Assembly (NCBI GenBank): GCA_000320545.1
Contig: ADNK01003093.1
Coordinates: 1 to 58,385, forward strand
Direction of reading: 5' to 3'
Length of the DNA: 58,385 bases
Origin: Bigelowiella natans CCMP2755
Lineage: Eukaryota > Protista > Cercozoa
The notes beneath the pieces were generated by a model. That model ran no database searches, was not told the DNA's origin, and saw nothing but the letters and a program-made list of their open reading frames with translations. Below, in pieces: positions 38,587-52,511 of the stretch. A program made the translations under genes and the position numbers. How positions within the stretch are numbered: the first letter of the stretch is position 1; each line of letters starts with the position of its first letter.

Positions 38587-38799
38587 CGATGATGATCAGG
38601 GCATCCTAATATATTATTCGTAAATGATTAGTGCAATATCAAGCACCAGCCCTTTGTAACATAATACAAGGATAGTAGCACCTGCCGTTCGATTTGGTGT
38701 ATATATGTAATTCTCCTCATGCGCAAGCGGTGCTGTCCTAGATATTATAGCTTGATAAGCATATGTTTCTCAACGTAACCGCGCTATGAAAATATCAGT

Positions 38800-39500
38800 G
38801 GCCCAACGCGTTAATAAATTTAATAGACATACACGTCTTAATTATATAAGTACGTAAAGCTATCTATACATACGTGAAAGACGTAGTCGATCTAGATAAT
38901 ATATGAGACGGATGTAATGAATCGATTAATATATCTTTTAAGTGCTCACCATCCTAACAAAGCTACACAAACAAAGCAGCGGCTACAGCGCTTGTGCACC
39001 ATTTATGTATCTATTTGTCTGCTTTTACTATATGTTTATGCATTTATTAAAAGAATCTGTGTCCAGTCGTCGATAGCGCGAGCATGCAGCCAACACGCGC
39101 AGTAGTCCGTGCCTCTTAAGCTTGCTTCACATCTTCTTTTGCATCAGTGCACACATGCATGATGACATGGCATGGACACAGACAGGAATGCCACACAAAT
39201 TGCTATTTTGTTCAAATCCAACACATGTGCTATAAAGGCTAAAGGCGCACAATCATATAGACGCAGTAACATCATGCATGTTACACATATGGTGTAGTAC
39301 GTAGAGCCAGGAAAAAATGCATGCTACCTTGATACATACGATTGGGTAAATAGCAATCAAGGTACATTCACCATAGCTTACACAATTGCTCCATCCATTG
39401 TCGTAAAATGCTATTTCACCAGGGGCAGTGTATACAACTACGTGCTGCTGCTAATGTGTTTCTTCATGTGTTCGTAAGGCAGGCAGCAGAGGTCATTGCT
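38800..39500. other. Palindrome-rich intergenic block 5 (convergent ankyrin/secreted-protein junction)
   Basis: gtcgatctaga, gcgcgagcatgcagc, gtgcacacatgcatg, catgcatg; contains a homolog of the block-1 motif at 38891-38966. Confidence 0.65.
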
Positions 39501-39572
39501 CTACTATTGCAGGAAATAAATAAGTAATTAAGCAAGTAAGTAGCATCGGTCGTCGATCGATCGATCGATCAA

Positions 39573-39823
39573 TCATCGTGGGGGTCCTCCCAGATCTTGG
39601 CAACCTCTGCCATAACATGTCATTAGTTGCCAATTATGGTTAGTAAGAAAGTGACAATGTCATAATAATAAAAGTTAAAATAGTGATAATTATAAGGAAT
39701 CAGATGACGCCAATGATGGTGATGGTGATGATCTGATCGTCATCATCATCATCATAGCGAAGGTACTAGTATTAATTATTTGGCAAATGCGGACACTAAT
39801 AAATATGCTATATATGTGTGTGT

Positions 39824-39855
<32 letters not shown>

Positions 39856-40315
39856 GTATACATTATGATCATTCACATATTGATATGAGGAGGAATTGGA
39901 GGGAATTGAGAACACGAAATGCAATGTATTAACATGCACTAATATGTCATCGTTTACATATGCTCTTATGTGTTGAATCGTGGTGCTTTTTCACCCTTTC
40001 TCTTCATCGTTGTAAAGGAAGGCCGTCTCGAATATTGACCTCGCCTTTTCGTATAGGGGTATCTTGCCTTGGTCATTTTGGCAAGCAGATAACATCCCGT
40101 GAGTATAAAAAGGACATGAGATATTGACAGTCTTGACTCGCTCCTCGATATACCACTAACAACAACAACAACAACAACAACAACACAGTAGTTGTTACAG
40201 ATAGTTCGCATCATGCACTTCTCACAATGATAAGATTCATTTACGTCAGAATCACGAACGAACAACCAACAAACAAATATTCCTCCTCCTCCTCTTTTTG
40301 ATGAGCATCCATTGT

Positions 40316-40350
<35 letters not shown>

Positions 40351-40665
40351 CTACCGTGCAAGCTGTTGGAGTGCTATCTTCTAATTGTTGCTTCGATTGG
40401 CATTGTCCCTTTTCTGGAAATGAAAACCAACTTCCTGTGTCTGTGTTGTTTGCACACTGCCCTCCTTTCTCTTTAGTTCCTAGTGATGATTCACGACCCA
40501 CCTATATTATATGTGTAGTTGGTGAGTATGTGTGTGTGTGTGTGTGTGTGTGTGGTGTTGTGCTGTGCGTCGTCGTGCACTTATTTCATGCATGATGATG
40601 CCATACAGCAACAGCACTTAATTCTCCATTCTTTTCCCCTATCTGGGACTACTAGAAGCATCATA

Positions 40666-40707
<42 letters not shown>

Positions 40708-41108
40708 GCCATTTACTACCTTGAAATCTTCTCTCCCAACGCATGTGCCGGGGTTGTATCCATTGCACAATGCATATTGGCCAAAGCGTCCATCTACCCA
40801 TATTTTGTAGTGGGAGATAACACCATAATGATCCTTCTTTGTACCCCCCGACCTTACATCGAAGCAAGTGAATACCTGTAAGTACCATCAGTTAGTAAGG
40901 AGTAGGTTGTTAGTAGTAGTAGTAGTAGTAATGGGCCTACTTCTTAGAATCGTATAGTTGTCATAATCAATCGCATGATTATTTCTACCTTCTTTTGATG
41001 TATGCATGCATGCAAACTCTCGATACTGCTGCTACCCACCACACTACCCCAACCACTATTATCATCATCATCATCATCATCATCATCATTATCATGATGT
41101 TGCGTGTG

Positions 41109-41140
<32 letters not shown>

Positions 41141-41492
41141 CGTGTCACCAAGCATATCTGCTGTATCTTGATTAGCCAAGTTGTAGATATTTGGTGGATG
41201 GGCGATGTAGTGATCCATCAACATTATAAACTTGTTGTTATTGTTGTTGGAGGTAGCAGAAGAAGAAGAGGAAGAGGAAGAGAAGGCTGACGATTGACTA
41301 ATGCTGCCTGGAGGAGGAGCCTTGCACGTGGGAGGGGGCTGGGGACCACAAACGAATAGCAAAGACAAACACGAATGTGTACAAAGAGAAATCAGGGAAA
41401 TGAGAGAGAAATGAGAGAGAGAGATGCAGTGAGGGGAATGTGTGCTGCACAAATAAGCAATGGGCTTTGCTCTCTGCAGCTGAGTCATCATC

Positions 41493-41535
<43 letters not shown>

Positions 41536-43306
41536 AATAATAATTAAGCTGCATGAATTAGCAACAACACAGTTAAATGTAGTGAGTAGGTTCTGCATTT
41601 GTTCTATTTGTTCTTCGTCAAGTCATTGTAGTACTTCAACACAAGCCTTTGGTATCTCCAATTTGTCGGGGGGAGGGGGTGTTGCATCAATATCTCGAAA
41701 TGTAAGTGAATAAGTGTAATGGCGAGGTGTTTGCCCTGGTAGGCCAGAAAAGCCTTCGGTGAATTGTGCAACCTGCAGATGACGACGACGATAACGATAA
41801 TAAATAGGATGATGATAATGATGATGATGGTGGTGGTGGTGATTATTAAAACAAGAAGATGGCATCTTTTGCATCAATTCATCGCCATACATTCATTCGT
41901 TTATTATTACGGGAAGAACGCCATTGCTACTCGTATTCTCGTCCTTATTGGCTGCTGTGAAGAGTGTCAAGTTTACATCCTTGGATTTAAAACACCACAC
42001 TGACACATTTTTGCCTTCGAAGTCCTTCTCACCACCATACCTTATAGCAAAGAGAAAGAAACACACAACAACTAACGATGCTGATCATCATTTTGGATTT
42101 GTAACACAACGACACACTAGATGTCTCGGCTTTGGTCTCCATTTCGATGATTCTTGACATTTTTTTGGGTTTTTTTGGCGCAATGTGTGTCCGAATGAGA
42201 TGTGATTTTACTTTGAATATTTGAGCCATGCCCACATATCGTAGAAATGTGATGAGGAAGAAGACATGTTGCCAAGTGGTCGACAGACACCATTCAAGAG
42301 AAAGTAGGAGCTGTCCTCATTAAGATACGTGCTTGATTGTGCTATTCCTTTAATTATGATGATGCAGTAGTTTCCAAGGGTTTAATTAGCACCTCTTTCA
42401 TTCTTCCCCCCCTCTCTTCCCCCCCTCCCCCCTCTCTCTCTCTCCCTCATCAAGAGCGACAGTTGTAGTTCATGTGTGGCGAGACTTCTTGATCTAAACA
42501 TCATGATCCAGCACCTATTATACTACTACAAAGGCGTGATATTTAGTATTAATTCCCTCCTCCTACCTGGTAAGCCGAATATTGATGCATTCGTAGGCTC
42601 TCCAACATTGACCTGGACCCTTTTCACGCCATCGTAGTACAACGTCGCATTTCCTGTAAAATAGTATTGAAAGCAATGTATGTGAAGCGAAATAATAATA
42701 TGAAGCATTCGAACTAGGCCCCACCACACAACAACTGCAAGTTTTTGTACCTGAGGAGAATCCCCCGGTTTGGGTCACATTTGCCGAAAAACGCTCGGGA
42801 AGCGAAGGAGGGGAGGGCTCTCCTACAGGGTGATCAATGTCCAGCAGGTCGAAGAAGTCCAGCGACAATGTTGCCTATGGGAAAAATAATGGGGGAGGAG
42901 GAGGAGGAGGGAGGAGGAGGAGGAGGAGCACGGTTGCTAACACGCTACCTGCTTCATAGCATATCCCATAATGACTTTTGCATGCAGACACACATTATTT
43001 GCACTCTTCTCTTCTTCTTCTTCTTCTTTCTTCTCACCGCCATCATGGCGTTGAGCATAATGGTCATCTTGGACAGATGTAGTAGTGCCTTCTTCTTCTT
43101 CTCCTTCACGTGAGGCGGAATCCCTTTCATAAAACACCTGCGACATGAATATAGCGATGTCGCCATTAAAATAGACCCATGAATTTAGTCAAATAGTGTT
43201 ACTCTTTTTCGATGCAGTCAGACTTAAAAAGTGCCACGAGGGAAACTAGCAAAACCACAAGCTGCCTTCCTCCATTTCCCCTCTTCCTCCTCCTCCTCCT
43301 CCTCAT
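39573..43306 (-). CDS. Uncharacterised secreted protein: ependymin-related-like N-terminal domain plus Cys-rich C-terminal domain
   Basis: Putative first exon 43306-43203 [27 protein letters not shown] (signal or anchor). Then PPSLPERFSANVTQTG|GNATLYYDGVKRVQV...FEGKNVSVW...PPPDKLEIPKAC (EPDR-like pattern), followed by YNLANQDTADMLGDT|VFTC...FGQYALCNGY...C...GRE...GGQC...GSWFSFPEKGQC...CT|WYIEERVKTVNISC...AFLYNDEEKG|GCQDL. Confidence 0.7.
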
Positions 43307-43383
43307 CTTCCCAGTATTCGCTCAAAATTGGTAAGTGCTGTTGTTTGCAATACAAAGGAAGAATACGGCGTACTTCCTCCCTA

Positions 43384-43850
43384 ATGGCGTCTTCTTCCTT
43401 CTCAAGTTCCTTTATGTCATTTACCCCCATCTTCATCATCTTGTTCAAGTTCTTAATTATTGGGGTCGTCTCTGCGAAAACTTCTTTTATTCCGGAGCAG
43501 CCCAGTGAGAATGGCGCTGCCCCTGCTGATGTAGGGAAAATAGAAGCAGGAAGAGCACCAGTACCGATGGTAGGCAAAATCAAGAACGTTACCACCACTG
43601 GAGGGGGTATGTTTGCAGGGGGGAAAGAAAGCGAAGAAGGGTACGATTATGGCAATCCAAAATATGGATGTATGCTTGGCGAGAGGCCGATGCAGGTGGT
43701 ATCAACAGAAAAGGAGGAATTATAAGAAGAACGTGAGATAAGAAATATATTATCTTTAATTACGGAGGACACATATGTCAAGTGCTGATACCGTCGTAAC
43801 TCGAATGTATCTTAATAATGCTTGGATAAGCATATGTTATACGGACAAAA

Positions 43851-43898
<48 letters not shown>

Positions 43899-44309
43899 AC
43901 ATTACGTACGGCCCACCAAAACCACAACTCATTTATAACAAGATGTTATGTCTAAGGAGATACCTTCATTTTTCCGGTCAAGCTGATAATCCCCAGTTCG
44001 TAGTGGTAATAATGTAAATTGCTGAATGATCAGGTTTTAGGAGTCGCTGGTGACTTTTGTAGTCCAGAATGCACGACAAGCCACAAGTGTCCCACACACA
44101 CCGCTCCTGGTGTAACCGCTACACCTCAGTGCGCCCTGACAACATCGAGCGAGCAAGAATTTTGTGTTCTTATTTGTATGTCTACGAGTCAGTGTGCAAG
44201 TGGCGCATTGTGTCATCCCATATCTGGTGTGGGCATTTGCACCTTCCCTGCTGCTGATGCCACATTTCCAGAACAAGGAAAGCTATTAGCACATCATAAA
44301 TTAAATTAG
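43384..44309 (+). CDS. Small secreted Cys-rich protein; exon1 43384-43695, exon2 44034-44309
   Basis: Hydrophobic N-terminus (FTPIFIILFKFLIIGVVSA); phase-0 GT-AG intron joins YGNPKYGCMLGERPMQ|VLGVAGDFCSPEC...CPT...GVTATPQCAL...CVLIC...CASGALCHPISGVGICTF. Confidence 0.85.
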
Positions 44310-44399
44310 CTGGTAGTAGTTCTCACATAGTAGTAGTATTAGGTAGCTCGGATAAGGCTTGTTGTATATGCCGTGAGCATACAATTGCTGATGACGCCG

Positions 44400-44910
44400 C
44401 TAAGATTAGATTTACATGTACGGGATGGGGAAGAAATATTATGTCATACGTGTATATAATACGCACATTAAAAAGTTATCATTGTGGTACGTACGATATG
44501 ACATGTACGTTGAACATGTCATCATTGCCATGTTTGAGTAGCATAGCATCGAAATAAGCTGCCTCCGAGCCCATGTAGCAATCCAAATCCCATTCAAGCG
44601 AATCATTACGATTGAAAGTGGTGCGCAGTCTGTTGTTGTGTGCGTGAGTGCATGCATTATAATGGCTCGTGTACACACGTTGTGGTGTTATACATATACA
44701 TGCATGCGATGATGCACACAGCGTCACCTCAGTACGAATTCGCTTCAATAATGTATGATTAATACTCCTTTTATAGTTTTGATGAGGATGACAACGGAAA
44801 AGTTTTAACTTGTTATTCATTATATCCGTCTTGTTCGTAATGCTTTTGATGGGCGCATAGCCGCAATTATCTGCTGTTGGGGAGCGATCTAGCGATTTCG
44901 GTGCACTAGT
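44400..44910. other. Palindrome-rich intergenic block 6 (weaker; convergent junction)
   Basis: tacatgta, gtacgtac, gacatgtac, gtgcatgca, catgcatg, gtgcactagtgc; no microsatellites. Confidence 0.5.
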
Positions 44911-46227
44911 GCGTATTAACACAACAACTCTGTCACAGTCGTGACTGATTGATCATTCGGGTTCTTCGTAGCAACGACCATGCCATGCATGGTATGATGT
45001 GAAGACGCACGTTTATACCGCTGTGTTATATAGACGGAATTGCACCGAAACGGCGGTTCATCGGGGCGATTATGTCCTCGCTTGTTGGAGAATAAAGTAT
45101 GATTTCGGTCATTGCGACACGAAGGAATTAACACCCATGTTTTCTCACCTTCGTCGCCGTTAAAACCCCTCGGGCTACACTAACGAGTTTTCATTTGCAT
45201 CAGCGGGTAAGTAGATCGGAGTTCTGCACAGATTGTCTTGAATAAGATAGTTCTTAATACTAGTTCTCTATTCTCAGTCAGCATTTCAACACAACTGAAA
45301 TTATTTAATAATTGGTTTCATTCTTTGATCGTAGGAAGACCTAGACTGTTCAGACGGGTAACACCTACCATTTATGGTAATCAAGTATTTGATTGATTGG
45401 CTGCTTTCATAATTTGATCAGCGAGTGTTCAGAAATCCCCCTTGTTTGTATGAATTGTGGTTATTATCTTTCATAATGTTCCTATACACTCAACGAATAA
45501 CTCTGCTACCTGTCACATCGTTGTGTTTTTGATCTGATAATGTTGTTTCTACGCCAGTCCTAGCATTCTGAGCATCGACTTTTCAATTACAACAAAAGAA
45601 GAAAGCAAAGACAAGCCAGCAACCCACATGTTAGGAGGAAGTATGTATGTTTCCAACATGTGAAAATAAGGAGGGTAAATATGGCGACTTTCTTTCCAAG
45701 ATTGCACACAGCATACGCACACACACACACACACGCACACACGCGCGCGCAATGTTTAATGCCATATCAAATGGACACTATGCAGAAACATATTCTGTTG
45801 TGGCACTTGAGGAGTGCTAGATGGTGATTGGAATCACTTCTATCATGATGTGTTGTTGTTGTTGTTGTTGCTGCTGCTCTACAATCTGAGAGAGAAGAAT
45901 AAGAAACCTTTTTTCTCATCACTTTGATCTTTAAGCTCATCAATCCTGAATAGCCTTGACGCCTAATTGTTCGAAAAGGGTTGGAACACGCAACACATGA
46001 ATCGTTGCACACACAAACATTGATATATTTGTGTTTCCTGCAAGTTGGGCTTCTTTTATCCGAGAGCAAAGGGAAGAGATGTATGCACTCATACGCTATA
46101 AATTGTTCTTTTGTGTTGCAAGTACGTTGGTCGCACTGACTACCTGTGACTCTATCTGCGCCTCTCCCATTATCGGTCTCACTACTTACAGAAAAGCAAC
46201 AAAGATATTTATCAGAAGAAGAAGCAT

Positions 46228-46267
<40 letters not shown>

Positions 46268-46353
46268 TCTATAGGGGGTGCAGAAGTGTGTGAGTTTATG
46301 TGTTCAACGACAGCATTCCCCATCATCGTATCTTAGCGTGCGTGGGGTGCAGT

Positions 46354-46386
<33 letters not shown>

Positions 46387-46483
46387 TAGTAAACTGTGGA
46401 AGTAGTAGTAGTAGTAGTAGTAGTATTAGCACTTTTGTTGGATATTTGGTTCTGCTACAGTGTTGTCGAGCCAAAATCCTCTC

Positions 46484-46515
<32 letters not shown>

Positions 46516-47236
46516 CTTTGTTCTGAATTACCATCCTCCTCATCCTCTTCATCAACGTATCCTGCATCGTCAGGCAGTTCTTTCTCTCCTACACCGTCAT
46601 TTTGTTGCAACCATCACACTCCATCGACATAAATCATCATCAGGAGTTAAAACAATGAGGAAGAGTTCTTGCTTAGCCATACCATCTTTGGGAATCAACT
46701 CATGTTGAAACCCACCATTCCTTCGTAGCACATCACTCTTTTTTCCCTTCTTTGAGGAGGAGGAGGAGGAGGAGGGGGGTTGTTGCTTTTTATGCAACAC
46801 CTCAAAACCTATCACAGAAACGATTAGAAAGAGATGAGGAGTCCGAAAGAATCCCTTCGATGATGAATAAAATCACGGCTGCGGCAACAAACTGATATCA
46901 ACAATTGGTTTTCGCTTTCCCCTTGAGTAATGCCGTTCAATACACTGTTTGTATCTGAACGGATGAAATAGTAGCAAGTAATGTTTGCTCACATTCCTTC
47001 TAAGTGTGCAGTTATGTACTACTACTACTACTACTACTACAACTCTATTTCACTCGTTGGTGTTATGTTCATATACGGCGGCGCACACAAATAACACATA
47101 AAAAGGCTGACCGCATACTGATAGCATCGATTTCATCCTCGTAAGCAACTGTTTCGAACAAGAGTCAGCACTTCAATAAAAATGTATCATTATGAGCATA
47201 ATCATCATCGTAATAACTTCGTAACTCACTGCCTAC

Positions 47237-48923
47237 CTTCTCAGGGATTTCCTCTCTTTCCTTAATCATTTTTTCATCGCTGTTGTCAATGATAGCTCCG
47301 AACAAAATTCTTTGCATTTTACCCTCGGCTGAGAGATAAATATGGCAATAAAAAGTGTACAACAATTGTGGTGACATTGCAACAACATCTAAATCAACAC
47401 TACTGATGTTTTGCCAACTTGCACCCTCTGCTTTTTCTAAGTCCCCCCTTCTCTTCCCATAAATTCTCTGATCTACATCTCATTCTTGAGAAGGTAGCAT
47501 ATATTATTGTGTGAAGGATTAGAAATCATCTATTAGTATAGTCTCTTTTCTTCTTCTTCTTCTTTTTCTTCTTCTTCTTCTTCTATTCCGATATTAGATT
47601 GAACATCTACGTGTAACACACCTTCTTGTTTTTTCCTTTTTTCTTTCAATTCTTCAGCACTGTTGTAGGAAAAGCACACACCAAGCACAAAAGCGAAGAA
47701 CCAGTCAAAATCCATCACCACCCCATTACATTTAGATGTTCCGAACATTAACACGGAAATCAAGATTCCTCTAGCCGACCCCCTGCCCACCGCACATATT
47801 ACAAATTATGCTCTTTCTCGGAGTATCAGAAGGAAAAGGAAGAGTTGTTACTTCGCAAATGATGTTGAAACCACCAACTCCTCGTGCAAGATAGGTTGAT
47901 AAGGGTAGTAGTACTAGTAGACTACTAGTAGTAGAAGCAATAGTAGTAGCGGCAATAGCACCTTAATTTGCCATCATCCTCGTCGTCTCCCTCACCCGAT
48001 CCCCCTCTAGTCACCAACCTTGGCATTACGCTACATGTCGCAGTAACAGTAAATATAGATCAGGTGCATCATGATGCGCGTATGTAGTAAACTCATCGAT
48101 CATCAGTATGCTGTAACAGCAATGATATATACCACCTCTACTACTATCTTCCTCAATTTCCCTCCCATCCGAGATTAAAGAAGGTCAAAGCGAGAAATCG
48201 TACGTATGCTATCACCATTATGCTCAAAGCAGCATTCACTCCTCAACGCTGCTGCTGCTACTACAACTACTACTACACGTCATACGATAGTACCGAGTCG
48301 TAGGATCTTTCACAGGCATTCCTGCCTCCTCGGCTCTAATACCTATGACGATGAAAGCAGATATGATGGTGATGAAGGTGATGAAGATGATATCTACCAA
48401 CTACCACGTAGCAGCCTCTTCGTGCACGAACATAATTGTTTGTCGTATGGATGTATTCGCACATGAACGTGTCCTCAGCAGGATTCGTATATATAGTTTT
48501 AAAGCACCGGTATCATCGTCATGTGTGTGTGTGTGTGTGTGTGTGTGGGTGTGCATAAACATATATATATAATATAGAGTTTTTAAGCTCCGTCGCTATC
48601 ATCGTCATAATACTTTACTATTCATGCTGTGCTGCTGTCACTACTACTACTATACTACTACTACTACTACTACTACTACTACACTTTGTTGTTGTTCTTC
48701 TTCTTCTTCGTCCTACTCTACGATGTAGTAGTACTACCAACGGTTCCCTTCATCCAGTTTGGGCAGAGTCTTTCCGTCTCTAAGTACGTATACATCATCA
48801 CCAAAAGTTGTTTCTCGTGTTGCTTGAGGCAGTCATTAATTCAATTATACTGCGCCATATCATTGAGCATGATATGATAGTGCACATTGGCGTGTTCCCT
48901 ACTGTCTTGGTTTACAAAAATGT

Positions 48924-48969
<46 letters not shown>

Positions 48970-49130
48970 TGTGACTTTCACCGTATACTATTACCTAAGA
49001 CGACATCTGCCCAGGTTTGTAGCTGCACCATATCAGCCTGTTGTTATTAATATTCTCATTGTTTTTTGGTGCAGGTAATGAGGTAGCAAGACCCAGAAGA
49101 GATGTAACATAACAAATACTACATCTAAAA

Positions 49131-49178
<48 letters not shown>

Positions 49179-49716
49179 TATACACATATGACACATGCAA
49201 AGTACACACACACACACACACACACACACCATGTATGAACGTACGCATCAGGTATAGAATGGTGATCATATGAAGATTATACCTCCTTAGTCACCTCTCC
49301 TATCGTCTCAGCCATCACCTAGATGTCAATGTAGCAGTGCTGATTCATGAGTTGATTATGATGACTGATCAATTGGACAACATTCTGGCAGCATCAGTAT
49401 CGCCTATTTGTCTATAACAAAACCGTGGAGTTCGTGTACTTATTCTTCTTACTCACCGCAATGAGGAGATTCAGCAACACAATTATGTGAAGAACACCTA
49501 CGATAAAATGGACAAGATGATGACCATTGACGACATATGCATGAATGCCGTTGATCATATTATGCGTGTTTTCTTTTGAAGATGTATTGTGCGCGAAGTT
49601 CTTCTCCATTGCAGAAGTTACTTACCAAAGATAAATTGTATGGAAAAGAAAGGGATTTTATGCTCAGGTTCATCTGTGTACCTATGATTTATGAGAAGCA
49701 AAACATCTATGGGTCA

Positions 49717-49790
<74 letters not shown>

Positions 49791-50280
49791 CTTATTGTTC
49801 ACAATCTGTGTAGGTTTGTGAATAGCTCACGAAGGCTCAAATCCAATTGAGATGAAGAACAACTCTGAAACCCACAGCCTGTAATCGTGCTCGCCTAATA
49901 CAGATATATATCAATATCAATATATATATATATATATAGAACAACGAAGACGTAGAGAGATCGTTCATTGCGTAAAAAGTAGAGTTGTGAGAAACAGAAG
50001 TGGAAGAAAACACTTGGTGTGTATGGCGATAAGAAATGGATGATGGTGATAGAGGCTGGAAACTAAATATCCAAAACAAAAAGGCAAGTAGAGCTTTGTA
50101 GACCATAAATATTTCCTGACCCCGCCCCTCCCCCTCACACGCGTACACAGTAAGTATTTACAAGTACCGTAATATCTAGCCATAGGAGCACTTAGAGCGA
50201 AGATGAGCATCATATATATCACTCTACAATATTCGAATAATAACAGACGAATTATATCAACAAGGGTGCATGAATACATG

Positions 50281-50313
<33 letters not shown>

Positions 50314-51271
50314 ATGTATTATGTAAGTATAAATAAATTGCCTCACACCTCTCTCAAATTTATTTGGCACTCTCATGTGTGGAATATGTACCCAAAAAAC
50401 CGCACGTTCTTTTCTCCAATATACACTATCGATATGACAAACTGTCCGACCTGAAAATAGAAGTAAGTGATGGTGAGTCGTAGCACATAAAACAACACAA
50501 CAATAATATTCTTCCTCTAATGCGACGAATATCAAAAAAGGCCTCCAGATATACTGTGTTACATATTGCAACGGTCTTTTGCTACTACCACTTCTACTAC
50601 AACTATTACTAATACTATTTCTACTACAAAATTTTCTGTTCAATATTAGTACTACTTTCTCGTGGATCATCACGAATTTCAGGAAGAATATCCATAAAAA
50701 TATCGACGCAGGTCCAAGCAAACCTGGAAATAGTGAATTCAGTTTTATATTATGCTGCTGCTTCTTTAAACATGAAAATAAATCAAGTAGCTTTGCTTTT
50801 ATGAGTGAAAATCTGATCTATTAGTAAATTGTAGCATGGATATCTGATGTTTTGTTGCTTTTGTTTTTCTGTTTGTCAAAATTAATATTTATTTTGGTCT
50901 CATTGCTGGGCCTATATTAATATGTAAATATATATATATATATATATATATTATATTATGTGTTTGTGTGTGTGTGTGTGTGTGTATGTGTGCGCGACCT
51001 AGATTCTACTTATCTATCTTAATATGATGATGATGATGATGATGATAGTGATGATGGGAGGAGGATAGTGATAAGACGATGTTCTTACTCAGTATCACTG
51101 AATCATCAGCTCCAGCCATGAAACTGAAGAATTTGAAACAGTAGAAGTAGTATTTAGTTGAAATAAGCCAATTATCGCAGATTACTTAATGTGACGTTCA
51201 TATGCAGATCTACCCACTACCACAAAAAACACAAAGAATTATTCACATTTTACATATACATATTATGTATG

Positions 51272-51312
<41 letters not shown>

Positions 51313-51489
51313 TACATATACCCATTTCTACACAAAAACTTTAAGAAAAGGCTGGTCATCAGAACAAACACCACCAATTCAACGGTTAATATAAAATAGA
51401 TGGAATTTTCCATATATTGCTTCAAATGATGATTTTGCTGATGTTATTTACTCGCAGTTTCTACTACCACCACTATCACTACTACTACG

Positions 51490-51530
<41 letters not shown>

Positions 51531-51796
51531 ACACGCACCATGAGACTCCCACAATGGTGAGGATATTATAAAGCAAGAAACAATCAGCAAAGAACTTGGC
51601 TACTTGGGGCTGGTTTGATGTAATAGATAAGAGAAGGGAAAAGAAGAAGATGAAGGACATCAATAATGACCAAACAGAGAGAACGACACAAAGAATCTCC
51701 ACACATACAAACGCACACACGCGCACACACACACACACACACACACGTTTAGTATCTCCTCAGTATCATCATCATCATCATCATGAAGCAAACACA

Positions 51797-51834
<38 letters not shown>

Positions 51835-51875
51835 AAGTATCTCCTAAGTACCATCATCATCATCATCATGAAGCA

Positions 51876-51920
<45 letters not shown>

Positions 51921-52315
51921 CTTATCTCTGTTGCTTTCTAAATTGTTTACAAACGACGGGGAATAATGGTCCCATATGGCAAAACCAAACCGTACAAAGA
52001 TAGAAGCTATAGACATCAGCAGGAATATCATCCTGAACATCACAAAACAAGTATGCATTATGATTTTATATTATATTTGTATATATTGTATGTGTGCTTG
52101 ATCGCACATGCCCGTAGTGCATTTGTGTAATACGTGCATGTTTACATTGGATGGATTGCCAATCGAATATTTTATATGATGTGCGTGCGTGTGCCCTCGT
52201 GCGTGTGTGTGTGTTTGTGTGTAGTTGGTACATATCCAACATGTATGCAAAAATGTATCAGATATTCATTGAATGCCGTTGTTAGATGTTAATACACAGC
52301 CCCCTTCACTTTGGT

Positions 52316-52355
<40 letters not shown>

Positions 52356-52476
52356 CATTATACTACTATCATAAACGTGTACTACCAGGTGATGCTGTAG
52401 GTGTCATTATTAATGCCAGATTTAAAATTCGTGGAGACAAAGAAATAGCTGGAATATGCAAATGCAACAGACAGAC

Positions 52477-52511
<35 letters not shown>

